64,000 nt of DNA from Aureliella sp. (GTDB lineage Bacteria; Planctomycetota; Planctomycetia; Pirellulales; Pirellulaceae), in NCBI GenBank assembly GCA_963691875.1, contig OY829846.1, positions 2,560,001 through 2,624,000 on the forward strand, given 5' to 3'. Made by a program: the position numbers and the translations under genes. Every line of letters starts with the position of its first letter. Position 1 is the stretch's first letter. A model generated the notes under the pieces. It saw only the letters and a list, made by a program, of their open reading frames with translations. It ran no database searches and had not been told where the DNA came from. Of this stretch, positions 41,165-53,043 are shown one piece after another.

Positions 41165-42514
41165 TTAGCTTCCAATCTCGCTAGCAATGGAGAATGCTAT
41201 TTCCATGGCCTGAGCATAGTTCAGCCTTGGATCGCAGTTGGTGTTGTAGGCGGTTTCGAGATCCTCTTCGGTCAGCCCGGCTGAGCCGCCAACACATTCG
41301 GTGACGTTCTCGCCGGTTAGTTCGAGATGGACGCCCCCCAAGTAACTGCCACAATCTCGATGCACGGCAAAGCTTGTTTTTATTTCACCGAGCACATCTT
41401 CAAAACGGCGTGTCTTTTTGCCGGACTCAACGGAAACCGTATTACCATGCATCGGATCGCAAACCCAAAGCACTTTTTGCTCGGCGCGCTGCATCGTTTC
41501 GATCAACTCTGGCAATGCTTCCTCAGCATTCGCATTCCCGAGCCGATGAATCAAGGTGACTTTGCCCGGCTCATTTTCAGCATTCAACCTGCGTACCAGC
41601 TCGACGATTTCTTGCGGATCCGCACTGTGGCCAACTTTCACTCCCACAGGATTACGAACACCGCGAAGCAGCTCGACGTGCGCTCCGTCTAACTGCCGAG
41701 TACGCTCTCCAATCCATGGGAAATGAGTGCTTAGGTTGTACCACCCCGAATCCCTGATGCTCTTCCGTGTCAAAGCTGACTCGTACAGCAAATGCAGGGC
41801 CTCATGAGAAATGAAGAAGTCAACTCGCTCCATTTCTCGCAGTCGAGAATCCGAAATAGCATTGATAAACTCGAGTGTGTCGCCTAGCGAATTGACGATC
41901 TGTTGAAAACGCTGTGCGGTGTCAGAGCCGTGCACAAAATCGAGATTCCAGTTTTCGGGGTGATGCAAGTCCGCAAAACCACCCTCGCTCAGACCACGGA
42001 TGTAGTTCATCGTTTGAGCGGAACGAGCGTAACCTTGCAGCAGGCGTTTCGGATCATTGCGGCGATCGTCGGGCGTAAAAGGGGCTGAGTTGATCAAGTC
42101 ACCGCGATAGGAGGGCAGACTTACCTCGCCCTGGGTTTCCGTGTCCTTACTTCTTGGCTTGGCGTACTGTCCGGCAATTCGTCCCAGTCGGACTATCTTC
42201 TTCTTCGAGCCAAGCACCAATACGAGACTCATTTGCAGTAATACTTTTAGCTTGCTGGCGATATTGCTTGCTCGGCACTCATCAAAAGACTCTGCGCAAT
42301 CCCCGCCTTGTAGAATCCATGCATCTCCGGCCTGAGCGTCGGCAACCTGCTGTCGCAAACGGTCCACTTCCCAGCTAGTGACCAACGGCGGCAGTGTGGA
42401 AAGTTCACTCAGCACTGCGGCGACCGCCTGTGGATCGTCATAAGTAGGTTGCTGATGAGCCGGCAATGACTTCCAATTCTCTGGCGTCCAAACTGATGTT
42501 GAGCTTGCGTGCAT
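41165..42514 (-). CDS. Class II DAHP synthase
   Basis: LQGGDCAESF, GRIAGQYAKPRS, WIGERTRQ, CDPMHGNT, GGVHLELTG, CDPRLN. Confidence 0.95.
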   Translation of the reverse strand: MHASSTSVWTPENWKSLPAHQQPTYDDPQAVAAVLSELSTLPPLVTSWEVDRLRQQVADAQAGDAWILQGGDCAESFDECRASNIASKLKVLLQMSLVLVLGSKKKIVRLGRIAGQYAKPRSKDTETQGEVSLPSYRGDLINSAPFTPDDRRNDPKRLLQGYARSAQTMNYIRGLSEGGFADLHHPENWNLDFVHGSDTAQRFQQIVNSLGDTLEFINAISDSRLREMERVDFFISHEALHLLYESALTRKSIRDSGWYNLSTHFPWIGERTRQLDGAHVELLRGVRNPVGVKVGHSADPQEIVELVRRLNAENEPGKVTLIHRLGNANAEEALPELIETMQRAEQKVLWVCDPMHGNTVSVESGKKTRRFEDVLGEIKTSFAVHRDCGSYLGGVHLELTGENVTECVGGSAGLTEEDLETAYNTNCDPRLNYAQAMEIAFSIASEIGS

Positions 42515-42733
42515 GGATCGACTTGCGAATTGACTTGATGTTGGCTGTCATAAGTACCGGCAATGGCCTAAGGCTGCTTTGCAGAAGCCGTTCCGATTGT
42601 GCGGGTTCCATAGCCTAATACTCGGCTTGGTTTTCGACCAGGACTTTTGTAGGTGATCCGAGGCTCGCAGAGTGTATTAAGCTGTTAGAAATCGGCACAA
42701 TCAGAGCAAACCTAATGAAGCGGGAAGCAGGGC

Positions 42734-43615
42734 ATGGGAGAAACGACGCAGACCTCATCGGGCGGACCAGCAAGAACCAACTGGCTCGGACTTTGCGTCG
42801 CTGCCTTTGTATTTGTGAGCTTCTGGCTCGGTCTTGCGACCTTCTTTCACGGGAAGACCGGATTTGAAAAGACAGCAACCCGTCTGGTGACACCGCTCGG
42901 AGCTGGCTGGACCATACTGGGGGCTTTCGGGCTCGTCCACTTGCTGTCGGCTCGCGGGCTAACGCGCATTTTGCCAGGCATGGCATGGTGCGTCTTTACA
43001 GTCTGCACCTGCTCACCGGTGGTGGCATTGCTCACCAAATACATCGAGCGTGGCGTCGAACACGCAAAACTGTCAGCTCAGCAGCCCTTGGACTATGTGG
43101 TCGTTCTGGGAGGCGGAACAACAATCGGCCCAGATCGTGCACAACTCGGCACGAGCGGAGACCGAGTCATGCGTGGCGCTCAGCTCTATTTCGAAGGCTA
43201 CACAAAGCAGTTGATTACCACGGGCGAGTCGATTGAAGGACTGGGTGGGAAGAAGATCCCGGGACCGGCCGAACAGACCGTCGAACTTTGGACGAAGATT
43301 GGGATTCCGCGAGCAGACATTGTCTCTATGCCTGGGATCAATACTTATCAGGAGACCAAAGCGTTGGCAGAAGCAGTCTTGTCGGGTCCGCTTCAAGGGA
43401 AGCGAATCGGTCTGGTCACCAGCGCCACTCACTTGCCTCGAGCGATTCGTCTGGCCAAATCGCATGGTGTCGAGGACTTGCATCCGATTCCGGCAGATTT
43501 TCGCTCGCGTCAAAGCGACTACTATACGATCATGGCTTTTCTGCCCAGTACAGCTGCCCTCAACCAACTATTCAAGAATCAACACGAGATCATGGCAGCG
43601 TGGGTCGGGCGATAA
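42734..43615 (+). CDS. YdcF/ElyC/SanA (DUF218) membrane protein
   Basis: N-terminal TM helices; VVVLGGG, GDRV, NTYQE, LVTSATHLPRA. Confidence 0.85.
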   Translation: MGETTQTSSGGPARTNWLGLCVAAFVFVSFWLGLATFFHGKTGFEKTATRLVTPLGAGWTILGAFGLVHLLSARGLTRILPGMAWCVFTVCTCSPVVALLTKYIERGVEHAKLSAQQPLDYVVVLGGGTTIGPDRAQLGTSGDRVMRGAQLYFEGYTKQLITTGESIEGLGGKKIPGPAEQTVELWTKIGIPRADIVSMPGINTYQETKALAEAVLSGPLQGKRIGLVTSATHLPRAIRLAKSHGVEDLHPIPADFRSRQSDYYTIMAFLPSTAALNQLFKNQHEIMAAWVGR

Positions 43616-43774
43616 CGAACGAGTCGAGTGCTCCGAAGTCCATACAAGAGCGAAGCGAGAGTGAATATTTCGGAAAGCAACGGACTCACTAGCCAAGGCG
43701 GACAACTTCCAAGCTATATGACTAAAATGTGGGCTCTCCAAGTCCCCAACAATTAACTTTCGAGACACAGCTGA

Positions 43775-45037
43775 ATGCCAAGTTCACTATATTGTTCTGT
43801 CACAAAACTGTTTACCGGTCTCTGCCTGGGATGCCTCTTCTTTGGCTCGGGGTGCAACGATCACGCGGAATTCGACGGCTCGGCCTATCTGGCTGAGAAC
43901 ACTGCCGATGCAGAAGCGGAAACTGAAAGTGAGACAGAAGATCCAGATTCCGCTGAGGCGAGCAGTGACGCTCCTCCAGCATCAGCCAAGTCGCAGGATG
44001 CTATCGAAGTTGAGAACGCAAAGTCTGAGCCTCCCACTGCACCACTGCCCAACGCCGGACCAGCCTCTGTGCAGCTTGAGGCTGCGGAGGCGGAGATCAA
44101 GCGACGCAGCGATGGCTCGGTCGCCGAAGTTCATCTGAGAAAAACACCTGCGACCGATGCTATGGCAGAAGAAATTGGCCGGTTCGATAAGCTTGTCAAA
44201 CTCACGATCAATAATTCCGAGATGACTGGAGCTGGCTGGGCGCAGCTGTCCAACCTCGGCGAGCTTCAACAGTTTGACTTGCGTGGCTGTGCGGTCAATA
44301 ACAAGCAACTCACTGCGGCCATCGCGGGTATGCCCCGATTGCGAGCTTTGCGACTTAATGGAAAGAGCGGTCTGACAACGGTCGATGATCTTGCGATGGA
44401 AGCTTTGAGCAAGTGCACGGAGCTAAAGGCCTTGGCGCTGGATCATCTTTGGGTTGGAGTCGATGGTCTAAAATCACTCCAAGCCTGCACCAAACTCTCT
44501 GAGCTGTACCTTGCCGCAACCCTAGTAGATGACGAGGCGTTAGAAGTCATCGCTGGTTTTCCAGCCTTGAAAAAGCTACGTATTGCACAGACATCGGTTT
44601 CCGGTGAGGGGATGCAGCACTTAACGAAACTCTCGCTAGAAGATCTCGATGCAAGCGAATGTAGCGTCCTGAACGACGATTCTCTGAAAATCGTCGGTAG
44701 CTTCACAACGCTCAAACGCTTAAATCTTTTTAAAGTCCCGTTGTCAGATTTGGGAGTCGACAATCTGGCAGGGCTAACCGCATTAACTTGGATGAATCTG
44801 GACCAAACCGGCCTAACCGACGAAGGCATGCCTGCGTTGAAAGGTATGACCAAGATGCAATTTCTGCATCTCGGTTCGACCGGAGTTTCTGACCTGGGCC
44901 TTGAGCATTTAGAAGCTATGCAGAGCCTGAAGAATCTAATTGTGACCAGAACCGCCGTTACAGAAACGGGTGTCGCTGAGATCAAGAAATCCATCTCGGG
45001 AGTCGAGGTGCAGCTGAAGTACATAGAAGGCGAATAG
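43775..45037 (+). CDS. Leucine-rich-repeat exported (lipo)protein
   Basis: Lipobox-like FGSGC; acidic linker; LxxLxLxxTxVxDxGLxxL repeats. Confidence 0.85.
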   Translation: MPSSLYCSVTKLFTGLCLGCLFFGSGCNDHAEFDGSAYLAENTADAEAETESETEDPDSAEASSDAPPASAKSQDAIEVENAKSEPPTAPLPNAGPASVQLEAAEAEIKRRSDGSVAEVHLRKTPATDAMAEEIGRFDKLVKLTINNSEMTGAGWAQLSNLGELQQFDLRGCAVNNKQLTAAIAGMPRLRALRLNGKSGLTTVDDLAMEALSKCTELKALALDHLWVGVDGLKSLQACTKLSELYLAATLVDDEALEVIAGFPALKKLRIAQTSVSGEGMQHLTKLSLEDLDASECSVLNDDSLKIVGSFTTLKRLNLFKVPLSDLGVDNLAGLTALTWMNLDQTGLTDEGMPALKGMTKMQFLHLGSTGVSDLGLEHLEAMQSLKNLIVTRTAVTETGVAEIKKSISGVEVQLKYIEGE

Positions 45038-45365
45038 CTGCAGTTGCTTGAATAGCCTGCAGTCATTCGACAACTTTTGCTTGCAGTGTTACGTTCGCTG
45101 CAACCATGCAGATCACCTGACAGTGGAGTTCCGGTTCACGAATCAGCGCGAGACATTTCGAAGCTGTTCCGCGCGATGTCTGGTTAACTTCGGTTTTCCG
45201 GTGTTTTCACAAGGAAAAACGAGCTGCTGAAGACTCTAATTGCTGCCAATTCCAGTACCTGGAAGCGTCAAAATCGTCTACCATGGAGGGGTCGATCGGC
45301 CTCCTATCCAGCGGCTGGTCTGCGTCCGCGAACGATAGGCTTCCTTTGTTGCTTGAAGAGCTGTA

Positions 45366-48300
45366 ATGGGCAAGTTCTCCCTCTCATTCGAATACCCTTG
45401 GTTGCTAGTACTGTTGCTGGTCGTTCCAATCCTGTGGATGGCCAGCTTCAAGTCGATGTCTGGCTTGGGCAACATCCGGCGCATCTCTGCGTTATCGCTA
45501 AGAAGTACTCTGCTCGTCTTGATCATTCTGGCCATCGCGGGAGTTCAGTGGGTTTGGATCAGCAACAAAACAACTGTCGTGTACTTACTCGATCAGAGCG
45601 ATAGCATCCCAGCCGCACAGCGGGATGCGATGCTGAAGTATGCAATCTCCTCGGTCAAAGAGCACCGCGATCGCGAACGTGGTGACATGTCAGGCCTGAT
45701 CGTTTTCGGTGCGGAAGCTGCCATTGAGTTCCCGCCTTACGACGACGACATCCCATCGATCGATGGCTTGGAAAGTTACATGGGGCGAACCGATGCGACC
45801 AATCTAGAATCAGCTCTGAAGCTTGCTCAAGCTGCTTTTCCAGAGTCGACGGCCAAACGCATTGTTATCGTTACCGACGGAAACGAAACGATTGGAACAG
45901 GCTTGACGGTCGCCAAAACCATGGCCGAGGAAGGCATTGGTATCGATGTTGTCCCCATCAAGATGGATGCTCAAAGCGAGATCTTGGTGGAAAAGGTTGA
46001 TCTCCCCAACAACATACGACAGGGTCAGCCTTTCGAGACTCGTGTAGTCATCAATCGGTACCAAGTGAGCGGACAGGAGAAGCCGGTTGCTGGTCGGCTA
46101 AACGTATATCGCAGCGTAGGCTCCAAGAAGGTCACGGTGTTCTCGACCGACGAGGACAATCCTGTATTTCTCGACAGCGACGTGAATGTATTTCCTATTC
46201 GGGACACCATCAATCAGCCTGCAGGCTACACCTATCAAGCAGAATTCATTCCGCTGGATCCAGAAGACGATTCGCTCAAGCAAAACAATCGCGCTGACTC
46301 TTACACTTATGTGCGTGGAAAGGGTCGCGTATTGATGATCGAAGACTGGAACGCACGTGGCGAGTATGACACTTTAATCGAGGCGCTGCGTCGATCCGAG
46401 ATCGAAGTGGACATTCTGCCGAGCAACGAACTCTTCACTTCATTGATCGAACTCCAGGCCTATGACTGTGTGATGCTGGCCGGAGTGCCCCGTTCCTCAG
46501 GTGAAGAAGCAGACTCGATCGCAAGCTTTAGTGACGAACAGATCGAGATGCTGGTTACCAACCTGGAACTTGGCTGCGGCATTCTCATGCTCGGCGGCCC
46601 GAACGCGTTTGGGGCTGGCGGCTGGGCGAATACCAAGCTGGAAGAAGCAATGCCGGTCGACTTCCAGATCAAGAACGACAAGATCGAGGCAGTCGGCGCG
46701 CTGGCGATGATCTTGCACGCTTCGGAAATCGCCCAGGGAAACTACTGGCAGAAACGCATTGGACAAGCCGCCCTTGACGTTCTGGGGCCAAGCGATTTCT
46801 GTGGCATCATTAACTATAACTCCACTATATCCGGTGACTCTTGGCTTTGGGCAAACGGTACAGGCGGTAGGCATCCGCCAGGTATGCTTCGTGTAGGGCC
46901 CAATAAGGCGGCGATGATCAATCGTCTGCGCCAAATGGTGCCAGGCGACATGCCAACTTTCCAGCCATCGATGCAAATGGCCCTGAAATCGCTTTCGGCA
47001 GTAAATGCCTCAATTAAGCATATGATCATCATCAGCGATGGTGACCCAACCAAGCCGAACGCTGGCGTGCTAACACAGTTCGCCAACAATAACATCAAGA
47101 TCTCGACGGTGGCGGTTGGAGCCCACGGGGCAGCGGGACACAATACGCTGCAAAATATCGCTACCAAGACCGAAGGCAATTACTACGTAGCCCGCAATGC
47201 AACGGCACTGCCCAAGATCTTTCAACGAGAAGCCATGCGAGTATCGCGGCCTTTGGTTTACGAACCAGAAGGCGGGCTACTCCCTTACGTCAGTGACTCG
47301 CACGCGATTGTGCAAGGGCTTTCGCGAGAGCTCCCTAACCTCAAGGGCTTCGTTCTAACCAGCCTCAAAGAAAGTGCTTTGGTCGAAGTTCCAATTCGGT
47401 CTCGTCGGCCCGAAAAGAGGAGCCAACAGTCGGTTCTCGCAACCTGGCAATACGGTGCTGGTAAATCCGCAGTTTTCACCAGCGATGTAGGACGGCGATG
47501 GGCTGGTCAGTGGGCAGAGTGGGACGGATACGATCAGTTCTTCTCGCAGCTAGTCCGTTACTTGATGCGTCCGACAGAGTCCGATGCCAAGTTCACGGTT
47601 GCTACCAATGTAAAAGATGGCAAAGCAGAGGTAGTTGTCAATGCCTTGAACCAGCAAGACGAATTCCTCAACTTCCTTGACATGCAAGCCGTCGCGATCA
47701 GTCCAGAGATGGAACAGATTCCGATTTCGATGAGACAGACCGCACCCGGCCGGTACGTCGGATCTTTCGAAGCGGAAAATGCGGGAAGCTACCTCGTTAG
47801 CGTCTTGCCTGGCCCAGGGATGGCTCCCATCACAACGGGCGCCAGCATTCCGTTTTCGGACGAGTACCGTTTGCGAAAAACTAACTACAACGTGCTGGAA
47901 CGCTTGGCAGGCATGGAGCCTGAGGGCGGTAGGGCAGGCGAGATACTTGCAGAACTTGACTCGGCGGCAGCGGAAACCGTACTTCGCAAGGGAGTTCCTG
48001 AGCAAATGCTTGCGAGTGATATCTACCGGGGTGGCCTTTCCCGAGCGATGAGCCTACAAGACATTTGGCAGTACTGTCTGCTTCTCGGCGCATTCTGTTT
48101 GTTCGGTGACATTTTCGTCCGACGTGTCTCAGTCGACTATCTCTATCCTTTCAAACGCGTTTACGCTGCACTCAATCCAGGCGAAACAGCCGAAGACGCA
48201 GAGCGCCAGCAGAGCTTGCAACGCCTGCGTTCCAAGAAGTCGGAGGTCAGTAACGAGATGGAACAAGTCAAGGCGTCCACTCGATTCGAGGTGACCGAGG

Positions 48301-48470
48301 TTGTCGACCCGGGCACGCTTGACGACGCAATGTCGGGCAAGTCCGAAACTTCGAGCACTGCTCGATCGAACACGCGTCCCTCCATCGAGCAATCGCAGGA
48401 GGAAGAAGGGTACACCTCTCGGCTGCTGAAGGCGAAAAAAGCCGCCCAGAAGAAACCTGACAAAGATTAG
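45366..48470 (+). CDS. Membrane-anchored double VWA / glutamine-amidotransferase-like domain protein
   Basis: BatA-like FEYPWLLVLL; MIDAS DQSDS and IVTDGNE; second VWA IISDG; MLGGPNAFGAGGW; WQYGAGKSAVFTSD. Confidence 0.8.
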   Translation: MGKFSLSFEYPWLLVLLLVVPILWMASFKSMSGLGNIRRISALSLRSTLLVLIILAIAGVQWVWISNKTTVVYLLDQSDSIPAAQRDAMLKYAISSVKEHRDRERGDMSGLIVFGAEAAIEFPPYDDDIPSIDGLESYMGRTDATNLESALKLAQAAFPESTAKRIVIVTDGNETIGTGLTVAKTMAEEGIGIDVVPIKMDAQSEILVEKVDLPNNIRQGQPFETRVVINRYQVSGQEKPVAGRLNVYRSVGSKKVTVFSTDEDNPVFLDSDVNVFPIRDTINQPAGYTYQAEFIPLDPEDDSLKQNNRADSYTYVRGKGRVLMIEDWNARGEYDTLIEALRRSEIEVDILPSNELFTSLIELQAYDCVMLAGVPRSSGEEADSIASFSDEQIEMLVTNLELGCGILMLGGPNAFGAGGWANTKLEEAMPVDFQIKNDKIEAVGALAMILHASEIAQGNYWQKRIGQAALDVLGPSDFCGIINYNSTISGDSWLWANGTGGRHPPGMLRVGPNKAAMINRLRQMVPGDMPTFQPSMQMALKSLSAVNASIKHMIIISDGDPTKPNAGVLTQFANNNIKISTVAVGAHGAAGHNTLQNIATKTEGNYYVARNATALPKIFQREAMRVSRPLVYEPEGGLLPYVSDSHAIVQGLSRELPNLKGFVLTSLKESALVEVPIRSRRPEKRSQQSVLATWQYGAGKSAVFTSDVGRRWAGQWAEWDGYDQFFSQLVRYLMRPTESDAKFTVATNVKDGKAEVVVNALNQQDEFLNFLDMQAVAISPEMEQIPISMRQTAPGRYVGSFEAENAGSYLVSVLPGPGMAPITTGASIPFSDEYRLRKTNYNVLERLAGMEPEGGRAGEILAELDSAAAETVLRKGVPEQMLASDIYRGGLSRAMSLQDIWQYCLLLGAFCLFGDIFVRRVSVDYLYPFKRVYAALNPGETAEDAERQQSLQRLRSKKSEVSNEMEQVKASTRFEVTEVVDPGTLDDAMSGKSETSSTARSNTRPSIEQSQEEEGYTSRLLKAKKAAQKKPDKD

Positions 48471-48893
48471 TCGTCATTGTCTATTCAATCGTATCTTTTT
48501 CTGATTCCCTTTGATCTTCAAACAAATCCTTGGTCTTACATGCTCTTTTCATTGCCGCCGTTCGCTGGGGACCTTTGCCAGAGCGTCCGCTTTCTTCTCA
48601 CAACATCAGACTAATTCCAAGGGTGTTTCTTGGCTTGCCATGGAAGAGAATGGAAGCCCGCAGAGGACAACTTGCGAACCAATGGCGCTAGCCTAGGGAC
48701 AACATTTTCTCGGGTTCGGCCCGACACTAACGCGTTAGGCTCACCTCAAAGAATGGATGCGTAGCTCGGCGGCGAAAAGGACACCACCTAGTATTTTGCA
48801 GTCGGAATTTCATTTAGAATGGGCGCATCGAGTTGTGCAAGAATCTGTCCTGCATCTTTATCCTGCGAAACCCACCCAAGAAACTGAGTCGAT

Positions 48894-49919
<1,026 letters not shown>

Positions 49920-49985
49920 GTTGTTTTCGGCCACTTGGCAGAATTCAGCTCAGCCCAGTTATCTCGCACCGATCGGAATTGCGTC

Positions 49986-51272
49986 ATGCAGATCGCTTAC
50001 TTTACCGCTGGTGCCGCGGGAATGTACTGCGGAAGTTGTTTGCACGACAACGCTCTTGCCAAAGCTCTCAATTGCCTTGGGCATGACTGCATGCTCCTAC
50101 CTACCTACACTCCAATTCGAACCGATGAGAAAGACATCAGTTCCGATCAGCTGTTTTTTGGCGGACTAAACGTTTACTTGCAGCAGATGAGTCCGTTGTT
50201 CCGCTGGTTACCGAAGTGGGCCGACAGCTTCCTTAGCTCGCCGCGATTGGTCAACTGGATAGCCTCGCGATCCATGGGCACCACAGCTGACAAACTCGGA
50301 GCCCTCACCGTTTCCATGCTCAAGGGCTCTCACGGACACCAGGCAAAAGAAGTCAGTCGACTGTGCGACTGGCTAGAAAAGGAATCGCCCGATGTTGTCG
50401 TGTTCTCGAATTTGCTTATTGCTGGCTGCATCCCAGAGATCCAGAGACGCTTAGGCTGTCCCAGTGCAGTCATCCTCCAAGGCGACGATATCTTCTATGA
50501 TGGTCTAAGCGAACCCTATCGCGAGCAAGCCATGACCGAGTTACGACGTCTTGCCAAAGATGTAGACCGCTTTGTTGTGAATAGCCAAGATTATGGCAAG
50601 CGTATGCAGGAAATGCTCGGCTTTTCCGATGCACGGCTTGCGATTAGTCCTCTCTGTCTGGACACCAGCGACTTTGAGAAACTGGGCGAACGCGGGGCAA
50701 ACGAGCAAGCACCGACAATAGGCTATCTCGCGAGGCTTGCTCCTGAAAAAGGGTTGGACATCCTGATCGATGCCTTCCTTGAGCTTGCCGAACAAAACGA
50801 CCAAGTACATCTGAATATCGCCGGATGGCTAGGGGACCAAAATATAGACTACTGGTCCGAGCAGCAGGAAAAACTTTCCGCTGCTGGGCTTTCAGATCGC
50901 TATCAGTACTTCGGTGAAGTAGACCGCGAAGGAAAATTGGAGTTCCTCCGCTCCGTCGATGTACTAAGTGTACCAACGCCATACCTGGAGCCCAAGGGCC
51001 TGTTTGTCCTCGAAGCTTTGGCTGCAGGCGTGCCATACCTTCAGCCCGCCCATGGCGCGTTCCCTGAGATTCACGAGCGGCTAGGTGGTGGACGGCTGTT
51101 CCCACCGGAATCCGCCTCCGTTCTTGCGGAAGGCCTTGCAGAAATGCTCGCCGATCGGATGGCACTTCGACAGCTAGGTGCTGCAGGTCGAACTAACGTA
51201 CTTCAAACGGCCTCTAGCCGCCAAGAGGCCGAACGCTTCTCCCAGATACTCGGCGAGCTAGTCCAACCGTAG
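49986..51272 (+). CDS. Glycosyltransferase family 4 (GT-B)
   Basis: GAAGMYCGSCLHDN; GYLARLAPEKG; EPKGLFVLEALAAGVP. Confidence 0.88.
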   Translation: MQIAYFTAGAAGMYCGSCLHDNALAKALNCLGHDCMLLPTYTPIRTDEKDISSDQLFFGGLNVYLQQMSPLFRWLPKWADSFLSSPRLVNWIASRSMGTTADKLGALTVSMLKGSHGHQAKEVSRLCDWLEKESPDVVVFSNLLIAGCIPEIQRRLGCPSAVILQGDDIFYDGLSEPYREQAMTELRRLAKDVDRFVVNSQDYGKRMQEMLGFSDARLAISPLCLDTSDFEKLGERGANEQAPTIGYLARLAPEKGLDILIDAFLELAEQNDQVHLNIAGWLGDQNIDYWSEQQEKLSAAGLSDRYQYFGEVDREGKLEFLRSVDVLSVPTPYLEPKGLFVLEALAAGVPYLQPAHGAFPEIHERLGGGRLFPPESASVLAEGLAEMLADRMALRQLGAAGRTNVLQTASSRQEAERFSQILGELVQP

Positions 51273-51423
51273 CGGGATTCGCCAGCATTCCCCCTCTCCT
51301 CGAAGCTTGCAAACCCAACCCTCGGTTCAGAGATTCATCAGAATTTCGCGCCAACACATTACGACATCAGACTTCCTAGGGAAATCCACTAGGATGTGCA
51401 AGCAACGGACTCAGCTCGCCTTA

Positions 51424-52911
51424 TCAGAGATCGTTGTCTCGTAGCGACTTCAGTTTCTCCGCCAAAGAAGCTCTCATACGTTCAGCAGTCTTGGCATGCT
51501 TTGGATCCTCCATCAAATTCTTATACTGCAGCGGATCCTCTTGCATGTCGAACAGTTCCGCACCTGCGGAGCCATTCTCGTTGTATTGAATGTAGGCCCA
51601 ACGATCTTCCCGCATTAGAAACGCTTTTCGCATTGGTGCCACGCTGAAGGCTGCCTCTCGAACCTCCAATGTCGGATCATCCAACAAGGGTGATATATCT
51701 TGCCCCTGAAGACGCTTCTGAGCTGGTAGTCCGCAGAGTTTTGCAGTCGTCGGATACAGATCAATTAGCTCAGTCAGGCTATGGCACACGGCAGGCTTCT
51801 TGCCTGGAACACAGATAATCAGCGGTACCGCCGCCGACTCATCGTGCAATGAGACCTTGGCCCAGAAATCATGTTCGCCCAAGTGGTAGCCATGATCCGA
51901 AGTGAAAACAACGATCGTTCGATCTTCAATCTTTGCGACACGAAGTGCCTTTAGAACCTTGCCAACTTGAGCATCCATAAATGCGACGGAAGCATAGTAC
52001 CCCCCCACGGCTTTCTTCTGCCGACGCAGGTCCATCTTCATGTTCAAGCTCGTCTTGTAGTTAATGCCAGGTTTTGGAATATCATCCCAATCACCTGGCA
52101 GCTTTTCTGGTAGTTGCATCGAAGAGTAGGGCAAAAAGGACTCGTAGTAGGATCTCGGAGCAACAAAGGGAACATGAGGACGCACAAAACCGACTCCCAA
52201 CCAGAATGGTTCATCCTTGTGCTCATGAATCAACTCCACTGCTTTTGCCGCCGTCTTGCCATCCGAGTGCACCAGATCGTCACCGTCGGCTTCAACGACA
52301 ACGAAAGTATTACCACCCACAACGGGTTTCCTGCCATTCGGATTGCCCTCAAGCGTTTCCCCATCTCCTGGTGCTCGCCATTCCGGCCCCGGGCTATTAA
52401 AACGTTCCGTCCACGAAACCGCGTCGTCAGCTCCGTGGTGATTATTGTGCTTTTTCGGATCTGCACCTGCTTCAATGCCACCTGGAACGCCCATGTGATA
52501 GATTTTGCTGACCCGCGCAGAATAGTAGCCGTTATTTTTGAAGTGCTGAGCCCAGGTTGCTCTGTCTCCAATCTTCGGCCGCGGACTTACATAGCCAAAG
52601 ACGCCAGTGGCATGCGGATAGTAGCCTGACATAAAGGATGCCCGCGAAGGCCCACAATAGGTAGCTTGGCAGTATGCTCGTGTGAAGCGAACTCCGCGTG
52701 CAGCAAGCGAGTCGATGTTGGGCGTGTGGCAAACTTGATTTCCGTAGCAAGACAGCGCCGTCGCAGTCAGGTCGTCTGAGATAATGAACAGGACGTTGTA
52801 AGGTCGCTCGGAATTCTCAGCAGAGCAATTTAATGCCATGCAGCCCCAGGACAAAAGAGAAAACATCAGTGGGAGGAAGAGTGCTTTCTTTTCTTGCCAT
52901 AATGCTGGCAT
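51424..52911 (-). CDS. Sulfatase (iduronate-2-sulfatase-like)
   Basis: NVLFIISDDL; CGPSRAS FGly motif; RPHVPF; SDHGYHLGEH. Confidence 0.93.
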   Translation of the reverse strand: MPALWQEKKALFLPLMFSLLSWGCMALNCSAENSERPYNVLFIISDDLTATALSCYGNQVCHTPNIDSLAARGVRFTRAYCQATYCGPSRASFMSGYYPHATGVFGYVSPRPKIGDRATWAQHFKNNGYYSARVSKIYHMGVPGGIEAGADPKKHNNHHGADDAVSWTERFNSPGPEWRAPGDGETLEGNPNGRKPVVGGNTFVVVEADGDDLVHSDGKTAAKAVELIHEHKDEPFWLGVGFVRPHVPFVAPRSYYESFLPYSSMQLPEKLPGDWDDIPKPGINYKTSLNMKMDLRRQKKAVGGYYASVAFMDAQVGKVLKALRVAKIEDRTIVVFTSDHGYHLGEHDFWAKVSLHDESAAVPLIICVPGKKPAVCHSLTELIDLYPTTAKLCGLPAQKRLQGQDISPLLDDPTLEVREAAFSVAPMRKAFLMREDRWAYIQYNENGSAGAELFDMQEDPLQYKNLMEDPKHAKTAERMRASLAEKLKSLRDNDL

Positions 52912-53043
52912 GCTAGATTCGCCTTATGTTGAATCGCTTTGATGGAAAGAACGTCATTCTAACTCACAAGACTAAATGAGATCAGATAAACTGCTCCAGC
53001 TGCAACCGTTTCCTTCCACCTTTAGCCCCATCCATTTGCCGAC